Source of the DNA: an uncultured Clostridia bacterium
GTDB lineage: Bacteria; Bacillota; Clostridia; TANB77; CAG-508
Direction: 5' to 3'
Length of the DNA stretch: 64,000 nt
NCBI GenBank assembly: GCA_963556825.1
Contig: CAUWAM010000001.1
Coordinates: 685-64,684, forward strand
The notes under the pieces were generated by a model. That model made no database searches and was not told the origin of the DNA. It saw nothing but the letters and a program-made list of their open reading frames with translations. Of this stretch, positions 21,168 through 30,775 are shown piece after piece (within the stretch, counting starts at the first letter, position 1; each line of letters starts with the position of its first letter). Both the position numbers and the translations under genes were made by a program.

Positions 21168-21944
21168 ATGAATATATTAAATATATTTTTTTATATAATT
21201 TTATTTGCAATGGGAATAACATTTGGAAGCTTTTATACATTGGCTTTATATAGAATACCAAAAAAACAAGATATAATACATACACATTCATATTGTCCAA
21301 ATTGCAATCATAAATTAGGATTTTTAGACTTAATGCCAGTATTTAGTTATATTTTTTTAGGAGCAAAATGTAGGTACTGTAAACAAAAAATAAGACCAAG
21401 ATATTTCATAGTTGAAATTGTTTCTGGAGCTTTATTTGTACTTTTTGCTTATTTAATAGGATTAAATATATATAATTTAGAAATTTTAAAGATAATAGAA
21501 TATGCTTTCTTTGTATTATATTTCACATTTATTATATTGATTTCAGGTATAGACAAAGAATTTAAAAACATAAATAAACCTGTATTAATGTACGGAGTTA
21601 TTATTTCAATTATTTATATAGTATATCTATACATAATAGATAGTGCTAGTATATATAGATATGTTATATATCTAACAATTTTAGCAATTATATTACTCAT
21701 AGACACAATAATTTTAAAGAAGAAAGCTAAAGATAGTTATTTGTTATCAATCTTGTTTATGTTTATAATTATGGTTATTTTTACAGGAGAATATATAGCT
21801 ATAAATTCGGTAATTATAACATTATTAGCAATAGCATTTTATTTAACTATAAAAAAGATAACAACAACTAAAACATTAAAAAAATACACTGAAAATAATA
21901 AGAATATTCGTTTTGGATTTTATTTGCGGAATTGCCAATATTAG
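21168..21944 (+). CDS. pilD: prepilin peptidase (A24 family)
   Basis: N-terminal tetra-Cys motif CPNCNHKLG..CRYCKQKI, then multiple TM segments; 258 aa. Confidence 0.75.
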   Translation: MNILNIFFYIILFAMGITFGSFYTLALYRIPKKQDIIHTHSYCPNCNHKLGFLDLMPVFSYIFLGAKCRYCKQKIRPRYFIVEIVSGALFVLFAYLIGLNIYNLEILKIIEYAFFVLYFTFIILISGIDKEFKNINKPVLMYGVIISIIYIVYLYIIDSASIYRYVIYLTILAIILLIDTIILKKKAKDSYLLSILFMFIIMVIFTGEYIAINSVIITLLAIAFYLTIKKITTTKTLKKYTENNKNIRFGFYLRNCQY

Positions 21945-22003
21945 TTGGCTAATATCTATACTTTGTTTAATGTTACAATGTAATTAACAGAAAGGAAAAA
22001 TTA

Positions 22004-22438
22004 ATGAATTTTAAAAGTGAAAAGGGGATTACAGGAATTGATATAGTTGCCTCTGTAATAATAGTTACAATATTTATTACAATAATAGCAAATATAATAG
22101 CAAATATTAATTTAAATTCTAAAGATATAGAAAACAAAACAAAAGCAACTTCATATGCTGTTGATGCAATTGAAACAATAAAAGCTGAGGGATATTTAGC
22201 AGATTATCAAGATAAAGGAATAAGTCAAGAAGACATAATTTTAGAAGAAGATATAAAAAATGAAAATGGTGAGTTTACAGGTTATCATAAAAAAATAACA
22301 ATTAAAGATTATGTACTAATAAAAAATGATCAATCAAAACAAGCTAATATTGTAAAAGAACTAACAGTTGAGATTTCTTATATGAATAGAAAAGGAAATC
22401 AAAATGTTAAAATTTCAACTTATATAACGAAGGAGTAA
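22004..22438 (+). CDS. minor pilin / pseudopilin
   Basis: Prepilin leader MNFKSEKG|ITGIDIVASVIIVTIFITI (Asp at +5); 144 aa. Confidence 0.55.
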   Translation: MNFKSEKGITGIDIVASVIIVTIFITIIANIIANINLNSKDIENKTKATSYAVDAIETIKAEGYLADYQDKGISQEDIILEEDIKNENGEFTGYHKKITIKDYVLIKNDQSKQANIVKELTVEISYMNRKGNQNVKISTYITKE

Positions 22439-22441
22439 AAA

Positions 22442-22879
22442 ATGAAAAGTAACAAAGGTATAACATTAACTTCTTTAATAATATATGTAATAGGAATGAT
22501 TATTGTTATGGCATCTATTTCTACATTAACAACGTTTTTTTATAAAAATATAGATACAACAGCTATTAATGATAATACTACAACACAATATACTAAATTT
22601 TTGAGTTCTTTTACAGAAGAAATAAATAATAAAAATAATAGTATTATAGATTGCAAAACAAATTACATTATATTCTCAAGTGGAAATCAATATACGTATA
22701 AGGAAGAAAACAAAGCTATTTATAAAAATAAAGTGAAAATATGTAGTAATGTAGAAAAATGTAAATTCTCCTATAAATATCAAGACTCACAATATACAAT
22801 TAACATTGAATTTAAAGCAGGAAATATAGATAAAACAGGAAATAATAGTATGATATATACGATTAAAAATGGTAAATAA
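22442..22879 (+). CDS. minor pilin / pseudopilin
   Basis: Prepilin leader MKSNKG|ITLTSLIIYVIGMIIVMASI; 145 aa. It sits 4 nt after the previous gene. Confidence 0.55.
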   Translation: MKSNKGITLTSLIIYVIGMIIVMASISTLTTFFYKNIDTTAINDNTTTQYTKFLSSFTEEINNKNNSIIDCKTNYIIFSSGNQYTYKEENKAIYKNKVKICSNVEKCKFSYKYQDSQYTINIEFKAGNIDKTGNNSMIYTIKNGK

Positions 22880-22960
22880 TAGTAAATAGCAAAAATTCAA
22901 CACAACAACCATTTCATGTAGTATAATAAAATGGAGAACAAAAGAAAGGAAAAGTTAGCT

Positions 22961-24598
22961 ATGGATATGAGAAGAAGACAACCTATAGGGGTTGAATTAG
23001 TAAAAAGAGGAGTAGTAACAGAAAATGATATACAAAAAGCATTAGAATATCAAAGAGAACATACAGATATAAAATTAGGAGATATTTTACACATATTGCA
23101 AGTTTGTGACCCACAAGTCTTAATTGAGGCTATAGGAGATATAGTAGGAACAGAAGGCATACTACTTACAGAAACTATTATAAAAATAAAATTAACAGAT
23201 TACTTACCTTTAGACGTAGCTAAAAAAAATCAATGTATACCATTTGACGTAGAAAATGGAGTAATAAAAGTATGTTTTGCAGATAATTTTAATAAATCAA
23301 AAATGGATGCAGTTAAAATTATTTTACTAAATAAAGGTTTAATAATGAAACCTTACATAACTTTTGAACAAACAATAAAAAAAATATTAGATTCACTATA
23401 TACAGACAATTCAAAGACAATAACACAACCATTTGCATCTGGAACAATAGTTGAATTAGTTGACAAGATTATAAGAAATGGTATGGAAAACAGAGCCAGT
23501 GATATTCATATTGAACCACTTATGAATGAAATAAGAGTAAGATACAGAATAGATGGAGAGTTGTTTACACATTTAACAATACCAAAAGAAAAACAACAAC
23601 AAGTAATAGGAAGATTAAAAGCAATATCTAATATGCATCAAGAAAAGCAAGAGGCACAAGATGGTAGAATATTATTATATGATAACTATAATATTCGTGT
23701 ATCTTCACAGCCAAACGTGTGTGGAGAAAAATTTGTTTTAAGATTACTAAAAAAAGATACAGATATTAGAAATATATTTGAATTAGGTTACCCAGGAACA
23801 GAAGCAGATTTAAAAAAGAGTTTTAATAAAAGAAATAGTATAACAATTATTGCTGCACCAACAGGAGAGGGAAAAACAACAACATTATACAGTATTATAG
23901 ATTACTTAAATAGCCCAGAAATAAACATTACAACAATTGAAGATCCAGTTGAAATCAGAATAGATGGATTAAACCAAATTGAAATTGGAAACAAATCAAC
24001 ATTTTCAGGAGCTTTAAGAACAGTTTTAAGACAGGATCCAGACATAATTCTAGTTGGAGAAATACGTGATAAGGAAACTGCAGAAATAGCAATACAAGCT
24101 GGACAAACAGGACATTATGTGTTATCAACAATACATACAATAGATGCAATAGAAGTAATAAATAGAATGAGAAAAATGGGTGTATCAGACTATGATATTT
24201 CAAGTACACTAGCAACATCAGTATCACAAAGATTAGTAAGAAAATTATGCCCAAATTGTAGAAGAGAAAGAGAATTTACAAAAGAGGAAAAAGAAATAAT
24301 ATCAAAAATAGCAGAACAATATGGAGAAACAATTGATTTTAATGGACTAAAAACTTATGATGCAGTGGGATGCAAAAAATGTAATAATTTAGGATATTAT
24401 GGAAGAATAGGACTTTTTGAAATATTAAATATATCAGATGCAATAAGAGAACTTATAGTAAAAGGAGCATCTACAATTGACATTAGAAAAAAAGCAATTG
24501 AAGAAAATTATAGACCTTTAGTAGTAGATGGAATAAATAAAGTATTAAAAGGAGAAACAAGTTTAGAAGAAATAAACAAAAAATTATTAATTTATTAA
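22961..24598 (+). CDS. pilB: type IV pilus assembly ATPase PilB (GspE family)
   Basis: GspE N-domain, Walker A PTGEGKTTTLYS, and a tetra-Cys motif CPNC..CKKC. The track start is at 22931; the ATG at 22961 is more plausible. Confidence 0.85.
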   Translation: MDMRRRQPIGVELVKRGVVTENDIQKALEYQREHTDIKLGDILHILQVCDPQVLIEAIGDIVGTEGILLTETIIKIKLTDYLPLDVAKKNQCIPFDVENGVIKVCFADNFNKSKMDAVKIILLNKGLIMKPYITFEQTIKKILDSLYTDNSKTITQPFASGTIVELVDKIIRNGMENRASDIHIEPLMNEIRVRYRIDGELFTHLTIPKEKQQQVIGRLKAISNMHQEKQEAQDGRILLYDNYNIRVSSQPNVCGEKFVLRLLKKDTDIRNIFELGYPGTEADLKKSFNKRNSITIIAAPTGEGKTTTLYSIIDYLNSPEINITTIEDPVEIRIDGLNQIEIGNKSTFSGALRTVLRQDPDIILVGEIRDKETAEIAIQAGQTGHYVLSTIHTIDAIEVINRMRKMGVSDYDISSTLATSVSQRLVRKLCPNCRREREFTKEEKEIISKIAEQYGETIDFNGLKTYDAVGCKKCNNLGYYGRIGLFEILNISDAIRELIVKGASTIDIRKKAIEENYRPLVVDGINKVLKGETSLEEINKKLLIY

Positions 24599-24620
24599 AC
24601 AAAAGAAAGGGGAATATGCC

Positions 24621-25727
24621 ATGAATATGGACAAAATCTTAGATAAAGCAATAGAAAAGGACGCTTCTGACGTACATTTAATATGTGGTAATAAACCAAT
24701 GCTTAGAATAGCAAGAGATCTAGTTCCAATTGAAGAAATGGAAGTATTAACAATAGATGATATGAATGAGATGTATGATTATTTAGTAAGAGGAAATGTA
24801 GATAAAGATGAATTATTTAATGCTACAAGAAAATTAGATACATCATATGAATATAATGGAATCCGTTTAAGAGTAAACATATCATTATCAGATGATATAC
24901 CACTATGTACATTAAGAATAATAAAAAATACATTACCACCTTATGAATCATTAGGATTACCAGATATAATAAGAAGAATGACATATCAACAACAAGGATT
25001 GATATTAGTAACAGGAAAAACAAACTCTGGTAAAAGTACAACACTAAATGCTTTAATAAATGAAATAAATGAAACACAGAATAAAAAAATATTAACACTA
25101 GAAAACCCAGTTGAGTATAAGCACCATTCAAAGAAATCATTAATAGTACAAAAAGAAATTGGAAAAGGTGGAGATGCCTTAACATTTAGCGATGGTGTAA
25201 AAAACTCACTAAGAGAAGATTGTGATATATTAGTAATAGGAGAAATCAGAGACAAAATTACAATGGAAGCAGCAATAGAGATGGCGGAATCAGGGCACTT
25301 AGTAATAGGAACATTACATACAAAATCTTGTGCAGAAACAATAGACAGAATGATAAACTTTTATGAAGTAAGAGATCAAGCAAGTATAAAATATTTACTT
25401 TCATCTTTATTAAAACTAGTTGTATCACAAAGATTATTAAGAGGAAGAGATGGAAAATTAGTATTAGTACCAGAAGTTATGGTAGTAGATAATATAGTTG
25501 CTGGAATAATAAGAAAAGATAAAATAAGTGTATCAGAAATAGAAGATGCAATACAAAGTAGTTCAGAAAAAGGAAGCATAGGACTAATAAATTCAATAGC
25601 AGATTTATTTGTAAAAGACAAAATTACATTAGACCAAGCAAAATCACAAATAGAAGAGAAAAACATAGAAATACTAAATAGAACAATAATGCAAATGAAA
25701 ATAAGAAAAGATAGCAATAGAAATTAA
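24621..25727 (+). CDS. pilT: type IV pilus retraction ATPase PilT
   Basis: 368 aa with Walker A GKTNSGKSTTLNA and a PilT-like Asp/His box. Confidence 0.85.
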   Translation: MNMDKILDKAIEKDASDVHLICGNKPMLRIARDLVPIEEMEVLTIDDMNEMYDYLVRGNVDKDELFNATRKLDTSYEYNGIRLRVNISLSDDIPLCTLRIIKNTLPPYESLGLPDIIRRMTYQQQGLILVTGKTNSGKSTTLNALINEINETQNKKILTLENPVEYKHHSKKSLIVQKEIGKGGDALTFSDGVKNSLREDCDILVIGEIRDKITMEAAIEMAESGHLVIGTLHTKSCAETIDRMINFYEVRDQASIKYLLSSLLKLVVSQRLLRGRDGKLVLVPEVMVVDNIVAGIIRKDKISVSEIEDAIQSSSEKGSIGLINSIADLFVKDKITLDQAKSQIEEKNIEILNRTIMQMKIRKDSNRN

Positions 25728-25746
25728 AAAAGAGGGAGGTGCAAAG

Positions 25747-27087
25747 ATGCCTACATATACATATAGAGCAGTAACAAGCTCTGGTATGATTGTTAGAAAT
25801 AGAGTAGAAGCAACAAGTAAACAAAGTTTATTAAGAGCTTTAAAAGATAATGAACTAGTTCCAATAACCGTTGAACAAGTTTCATATTCTGCAAGAAAGA
25901 AAAAAACTAAAAAGAAAAATATAAAAGATATAGAAGAAATAATGCAAAATGTAAATACAACACAAATAAACACTAAAAAAACAACGACAACTAAGGAAAA
26001 AATAAGTATGTATTTATCAAAAACAGAAAAAGTAACAAATAGAGATTTAGTAATATTTACACAAAACTTTTATTTATTAAAGAAAGCTAATTTTAATAAT
26101 ATTCATGCATTAAAAACAATAATAGATAGCACAGAAAATCTTACATTTAAAGGAATATTAGAAGATATACTAGCAGGAGTTGAAGCAGGAGAAAATATGT
26201 ATACAACAATGGAATATTATTCAGATACATTTCCGTTTTTATACATAAATATGATCAAAGTAGGAGAATTATCAGGATCTCTTGCAAATGCACTAAAACA
26301 AGCGGTAAACTATTTAGAAACATCAGAATCTTTAAATAAGAGGATCAAATCAATACTATTACCAAACATAATACAATTTGTTTTGATATTAGTAATGTTA
26401 GTAGTAGGAACAATAGTGGCAATACCAGCAATTCAAAATGTATATGAAGAATTAGGTTCAAAAGACAAATTGCCAGCAATAACATTATGGTTTCAAGGAG
26501 TTGTAAATGGATTAATGCACTATTGGTATATACCATTGATAATTATAGGATCAGCAATAGCAGCATTTATATTCTATATAAACACACCAAAAGGGAAATA
26601 TAATTTTGATTATTTTAAATATAAAATGCCAATATTTGGGCAATTAATATTTGCACTAGACTTTTCAAGACTTATGAAAGCGATGTTACTTAACTTAAAA
26701 AACGGAATGAGAATTCAAGACGCAATAGAAGTAAGTAAGAACGTAGTACAAAATTATGTTATGTTATCAATTGTTGAAACATCTATGAACAATATATTAA
26801 TAGGTGACTCATGGATAGAGCCATTTGAAAAATCTGGGCTAACAAAATCTATGGTAACAGAAATGTTGAAAATAGGTATGCAAACAGACTTAGCAGAAAT
26901 GATGGAAAAACTAGTAGAATATATGGAAATAGATATAGACAATATCTTAGAAAAAGTAATGAAAGCATTACCAGAAGTAAGTTATTTAATAGTAGGAATA
27001 GTATTAATATTTTTCGTATTAGTTGTACTTGTTCCATGTATCCAAACTTATATGGGAGGATTCTTATTATCAGCAGCGGGAGTATAG
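25747..27087 (+). CDS. pilC: type IV pilus platform protein PilC (GspF family)
   Basis: 446 aa with duplicated GspF domains and 3 TM segments. Confidence 0.8.
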   Translation: MPTYTYRAVTSSGMIVRNRVEATSKQSLLRALKDNELVPITVEQVSYSARKKKTKKKNIKDIEEIMQNVNTTQINTKKTTTTKEKISMYLSKTEKVTNRDLVIFTQNFYLLKKANFNNIHALKTIIDSTENLTFKGILEDILAGVEAGENMYTTMEYYSDTFPFLYINMIKVGELSGSLANALKQAVNYLETSESLNKRIKSILLPNIIQFVLILVMLVVGTIVAIPAIQNVYEELGSKDKLPAITLWFQGVVNGLMHYWYIPLIIIGSAIAAFIFYINTPKGKYNFDYFKYKMPIFGQLIFALDFSRLMKAMLLNLKNGMRIQDAIEVSKNVVQNYVMLSIVETSMNNILIGDSWIEPFEKSGLTKSMVTEMLKIGMQTDLAEMMEKLVEYMEIDIDNILEKVMKALPEVSYLIVGIVLIFFVLVVLVPCIQTYMGGFLLSAAGV

Positions 27088-27100
27088 AAAGAGAGTAATT

Positions 27101-27991
27101 ATGAAAATTGGTATAGATTTAGGCGGAAGCCATATTGGAATTGGAGTAGTAGATAATAAAAATTTTATAGTAGAAAAGGTTGAAAAAAGACTTTTAGCTA
27201 AAGATAAAAAAGATGTAAAAAATGTAATCGAAAGTTATATAATAAAAAATGTTAAGGAACTTTCTGAAAAATATAAAATTATAGAAATTGGAATAGCTGT
27301 TCCGGGAACTGTTATTGGACAGAAAATTGTAAAGTCAGTAAATTTAGGTGTTAATGAATATGAATTAGTTGAAAATTTGAAAAAAGAAATAGAGATACCA
27401 ATTAAAATAAGAAATGATGCCAAATGTGCAGCTCTTGCAGAAAATGCAATAGGAGCACTAAAAGATTACAAAAGAAGTCTATTTTTGACACTTGGGACAG
27501 GAATTGGTGGAGCAGTTATAATAAACGGTAAATTATTAGATACAGGGAATTTACCAGGATGTGAATTTGGACATACAGTAATAAAAAGAGACGGAATAAA
27601 ATGCAATTGTGGAAAACAAGGATGTTTTGAAAAATATGCTTCAATGAAAGCTTTGAAAACGAATTTAAGACAAAGTTTAGGACTTGATGAAAAAACAAGA
27701 GGACAAGAATTATTAGATATTATAAGAAAAAATCCATCAGATGAAAAAATAAATAAAGTAATAGATGAATATATAGAATATCTAAGTATAGGAATATCAA
27801 ATTTAATAAATATATTTGAGCCAGAAGCAATTGGAATCGGTGGAAGTTTTGTATATTTTTCTGATGTGTTATTAGATAGATTAATAGATAATATAATAAA
27901 AAAGCAATATTTATTTAATAAAAGGGAAAAGTTAATAATAATACCTGCAGCTCTTGGAAATGATGCAGGTATTATAGGAAGCATTATGTAG
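27101..27991 (+). CDS. glcK: ROK family glucokinase
   Basis: MKIGIDLGGSHIGIGVV.. and the ROK Cys motif CNCGKQGCFE. RBS gagag. The track's upstream extension overlaps pilC. Confidence 0.8.
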   Translation: MKIGIDLGGSHIGIGVVDNKNFIVEKVEKRLLAKDKKDVKNVIESYIIKNVKELSEKYKIIEIGIAVPGTVIGQKIVKSVNLGVNEYELVENLKKEIEIPIKIRNDAKCAALAENAIGALKDYKRSLFLTLGTGIGGAVIINGKLLDTGNLPGCEFGHTVIKRDGIKCNCGKQGCFEKYASMKALKTNLRQSLGLDEKTRGQELLDIIRKNPSDEKINKVIDEYIEYLSIGISNLINIFEPEAIGIGGSFVYFSDVLLDRLIDNIIKKQYLFNKREKLIIIPAALGNDAGIIGSIM

Positions 27992-28017
27992 TCAAATTAC
28001 CAAAAGGAGAAAGGATT

Positions 28018-28947
28018 ATGGATATAAACAATAAAAAAGCAACAAGACAAAGTTATGGTGAAGCATTATTAGAGTTAGGAAAAGAAAATTCAAATATAGT
28101 TGTATTAGATGCAGATTTATCAAATGCAACAAAAACAGATATATTTGCAAAAGAATTTCCAAAGAGATTTTTTGACATGGGAATCGCAGAACAAAACTTA
28201 GTATCAACAGCAGCAGGAATGTCAACATGTGGGAAAATACCATATGTAAGTACATTTGCGGTATTTGCAGCAGGCAGAGCATATGACCAAATTAGAAATA
28301 GTGTATGTTATCCTAAACTAAATGTAAAAATATGTGCAACTCATGCAGGGGTAACAGTTGGTGAAGACGGTGCAACACACCAGATGATAGAAGATATATC
28401 ATTAATGAGAACATTACCCAATATGACAGTTATATCAACATCAGATGATATTCAAACAAAATGGGCAGTTAAAGAAATAAGTAAAATAGAAGGTCCAGTA
28501 TATTTGAGACTAGCAAGACTTGCAACACCTATAATATATGATGAAAATCAAAAATTCGAAATAGGAAAAGCAATTCAAATTGGAAATGGAACAGATGGAA
28601 CAGTATTTGCAACAGGAGTAACAGTTTCAGAAGCAATAAAAGCTAAGGAAAATTTAAAGAAAAATGGAATAGATATTAGAGTTGTAGATATTCATACAAT
28701 AAAACCAATAGACAAAGAAATAATTATAAAATGTGCAAAAGAAACAAAAAAATTAATTTCAATAGAAGACCATAATATAATAGGTGGATTAGGGTCTGCA
28801 ATTTCAGAAGTTTTAACAGATGAATATCCAACAAAACTCATTAGACTTGGAATAAAAGACACATTTGGAAAATCAGGTAAAGGAATAGAATTAATGCAAT
28901 ACTTTGGTATTACAGCAAACGATATAGAACAAGTATTAAGAAAATAG
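28018..28947 (+). CDS. transketolase, C-terminal (pyrimidine-binding) subunit
   Basis: 309 aa Transket_pyr/C domains (..GIAEQNLVSTAAGMS..). No N-terminal subunit is in the window. Confidence 0.75.
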   Translation: MDINNKKATRQSYGEALLELGKENSNIVVLDADLSNATKTDIFAKEFPKRFFDMGIAEQNLVSTAAGMSTCGKIPYVSTFAVFAAGRAYDQIRNSVCYPKLNVKICATHAGVTVGEDGATHQMIEDISLMRTLPNMTVISTSDDIQTKWAVKEISKIEGPVYLRLARLATPIIYDENQKFEIGKAIQIGNGTDGTVFATGVTVSEAIKAKENLKKNGIDIRVVDIHTIKPIDKEIIIKCAKETKKLISIEDHNIIGGLGSAISEVLTDEYPTKLIRLGIKDTFGKSGKGIELMQYFGITANDIEQVLRK

Positions 28948-28949
28948 AA

Positions 28950-28978
28950 AATAGTAGCAGATTAGCTACTATTTTTTG
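28950..28978 (+). terminator. intrinsic terminator
   Basis: atagtagc-N6-gctactat followed by T6. Confidence 0.5.
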
Positions 28979-29144
28979 ACCTTAAAACTGTCAAAAATTT
29001 CTAGTGAATTTTTTGTGAAAACTATTGCAAAATTGACATATTATTGGTATGATTTAATGGAGAAAAATAAAAAATAAAATGGAATATTTTAGAAAAAAAT
29101 AATATAATGAGCGAGTAAAACGAGCGAAAGGAAGAAAAATAAAA

Positions 29145-29831
29145 ATGATAGAATTTAGAAACGTATCAAAAATATATGACACAGGAACAAAAGCTGTAAA
29201 AAATGCAAACTTTGTAATAGATAAAGGGGAATTTGCGTTTTTAGTAGGGACATCAGGAAGTGGAAAATCAACACTAATAAAACTAATATTAAAAGAAGAA
29301 GAACCAACATCTGGAAATATAATAATAAATGGAAAAGATACAACATTTTTAAAACAAAGTAGAGTTCCTTATTTAAGAAGAAGTATGGGAGTAGTGTTTC
29401 AAGACTTTAGACTGTTACCAGACAAAACAGTATATGATAATGTAGCATATGCAATGTACATAGTAAGAGCAACGCCAAGACACATAAGAAGACAAGTACC
29501 AATGGTATTATCATTAGTAGGATTAAGTGGAAAAGCAAAAATGTATCCAAACGAATTATCTGGAGGAGAACAACAAAGAGTAGCATTAGCTAGAGCATTA
29601 GTGAATAATCCATCAATGTTAATAGCAGACGAACCTACAGGGAACTTAGACCCAGATACAGCATGGGACATAATGAATTTATTAAACGAAATTAACATGA
29701 GAGGTACAACGGTAGTAGTAGCAACACATGCTAAAGACATAGTAGACAAAATGAAAAAAAGAGTAATACACATAGAAAAAGGCACTATAGTAAGAGATGA
29801 TAAAAAAGGTGGTTATGATTGTGAAATATAA
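29145..29831 (+). CDS. ftsE: cell division ATP-binding protein FtsE
   Basis: ABC ATPase with Walker A GTSGSGKST and the LSGGEQQRVALARAL signature; 228 aa. Confidence 0.9.
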   Translation: MIEFRNVSKIYDTGTKAVKNANFVIDKGEFAFLVGTSGSGKSTLIKLILKEEEPTSGNIIINGKDTTFLKQSRVPYLRRSMGVVFQDFRLLPDKTVYDNVAYAMYIVRATPRHIRRQVPMVLSLVGLSGKAKMYPNELSGGEQQRVALARALVNNPSMLIADEPTGNLDPDTAWDIMNLLNEINMRGTTVVVATHAKDIVDKMKKRVIHIEKGTIVRDDKKGGYDCEI

Positions 29832-30717
29832 TATATTTGGATATTTAATAGGAGAAGGTTTTAGCAATGTATTTAAAAATAAAAAATCTACTGGAGCATC
29901 ATTAATGATAATGTGTGCAACAATGATAATATTTGGAATATTTTTAATGCTTAGCCAAAACATAAATCATTTTATAGATGATATAAAATCAGAACAAGGT
30001 TTTCAAGTTTTTTTAAAAATAGATGCAACAGAAGAAGAAATACAAGAAGTGGGAGATAAAATAAGAGCTTTAGAAGGTGTTAATACCGCAGAATTTAAAG
30101 ATAAAGAATATGCTATGAACTTTATGAAAGAAAAATTTGGAGATAAGGCGGATTTGTTAGATCCATATGGATATGACTTTTATTCAACATCTTATATAGT
30201 AACATTAACAGACTTAAGATTAAGTAAAGATGTTCAAAATCAGATATTAGAATTTGATAATATAAAAAAAATACAAAGTAGTGATGAAACAGTATCAATA
30301 TTATTAAAGTTAGCTAATGGAATTAAAATCGTTACAGGAGTTATATTAGTATTATTAATAATTATATCTATATTTATTATATCAAATACAATAAAATTAA
30401 CAGTTCATGCAAGAAGAAAAGAAATATCAATAATGAAATATGTAGGAGCAACAAATAATTTTATAAGATGGCCTTTTATAGTAGAAGGTATGATAATAGG
30501 AGTATTAGCAAGTGCTATATCAATAGTAATTATAGGAGGAGCTTATAGTATATTTGCCGAACAAGCAGTAAACGTTCCATTTATGAGAACTATAGGAGTA
30601 AGTTTGGTAAGCTTTAAAGATATGATTTCATCAATAATACTAGTATATATATTGTTAGGAATAGGAATTGGAGCTCTTGGAAGTGTAATTTCTATGAGAA
30701 AATACCTTAAAGTTTAA
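29815..30717 (+). CDS. ftsX: cell division permease FtsX
   Basis: It overlaps the ftsE stop. An extracellular loop is followed by 3 C-terminal TM segments; ~300 aa. RBS aaggtgg. Confidence 0.8.
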   Translation: MIVKYNIFGYLIGEGFSNVFKNKKSTGASLMIMCATMIIFGIFLMLSQNINHFIDDIKSEQGFQVFLKIDATEEEIQEVGDKIRALEGVNTAEFKDKEYAMNFMKEKFGDKADLLDPYGYDFYSTSYIVTLTDLRLSKDVQNQILEFDNIKKIQSSDETVSILLKLANGIKIVTGVILVLLIIISIFIISNTIKLTVHARRKEISIMKYVGATNNFIRWPFIVEGMIIGVLASAISIVIIGGAYSIFAEQAVNVPFMRTIGVSLVSFKDMISSIILVYILLGIGIGALGSVISMRKYLKV

Positions 30718-30775
30718 AAAAATCAAAGAATTTTTAGATGACGATGAGCGAACGAAGTGAGCGAAAGGAGAAAAC

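Noticed and set aside
29033-29060. TTGACA box upstream of ftsE as a promoter.
   Set aside because: No acceptable -10 hexamer at 16-18 nt spacing could be found (the candidates TATGAT at 9 nt and TAATGG are both poor). The region was left unannotated.
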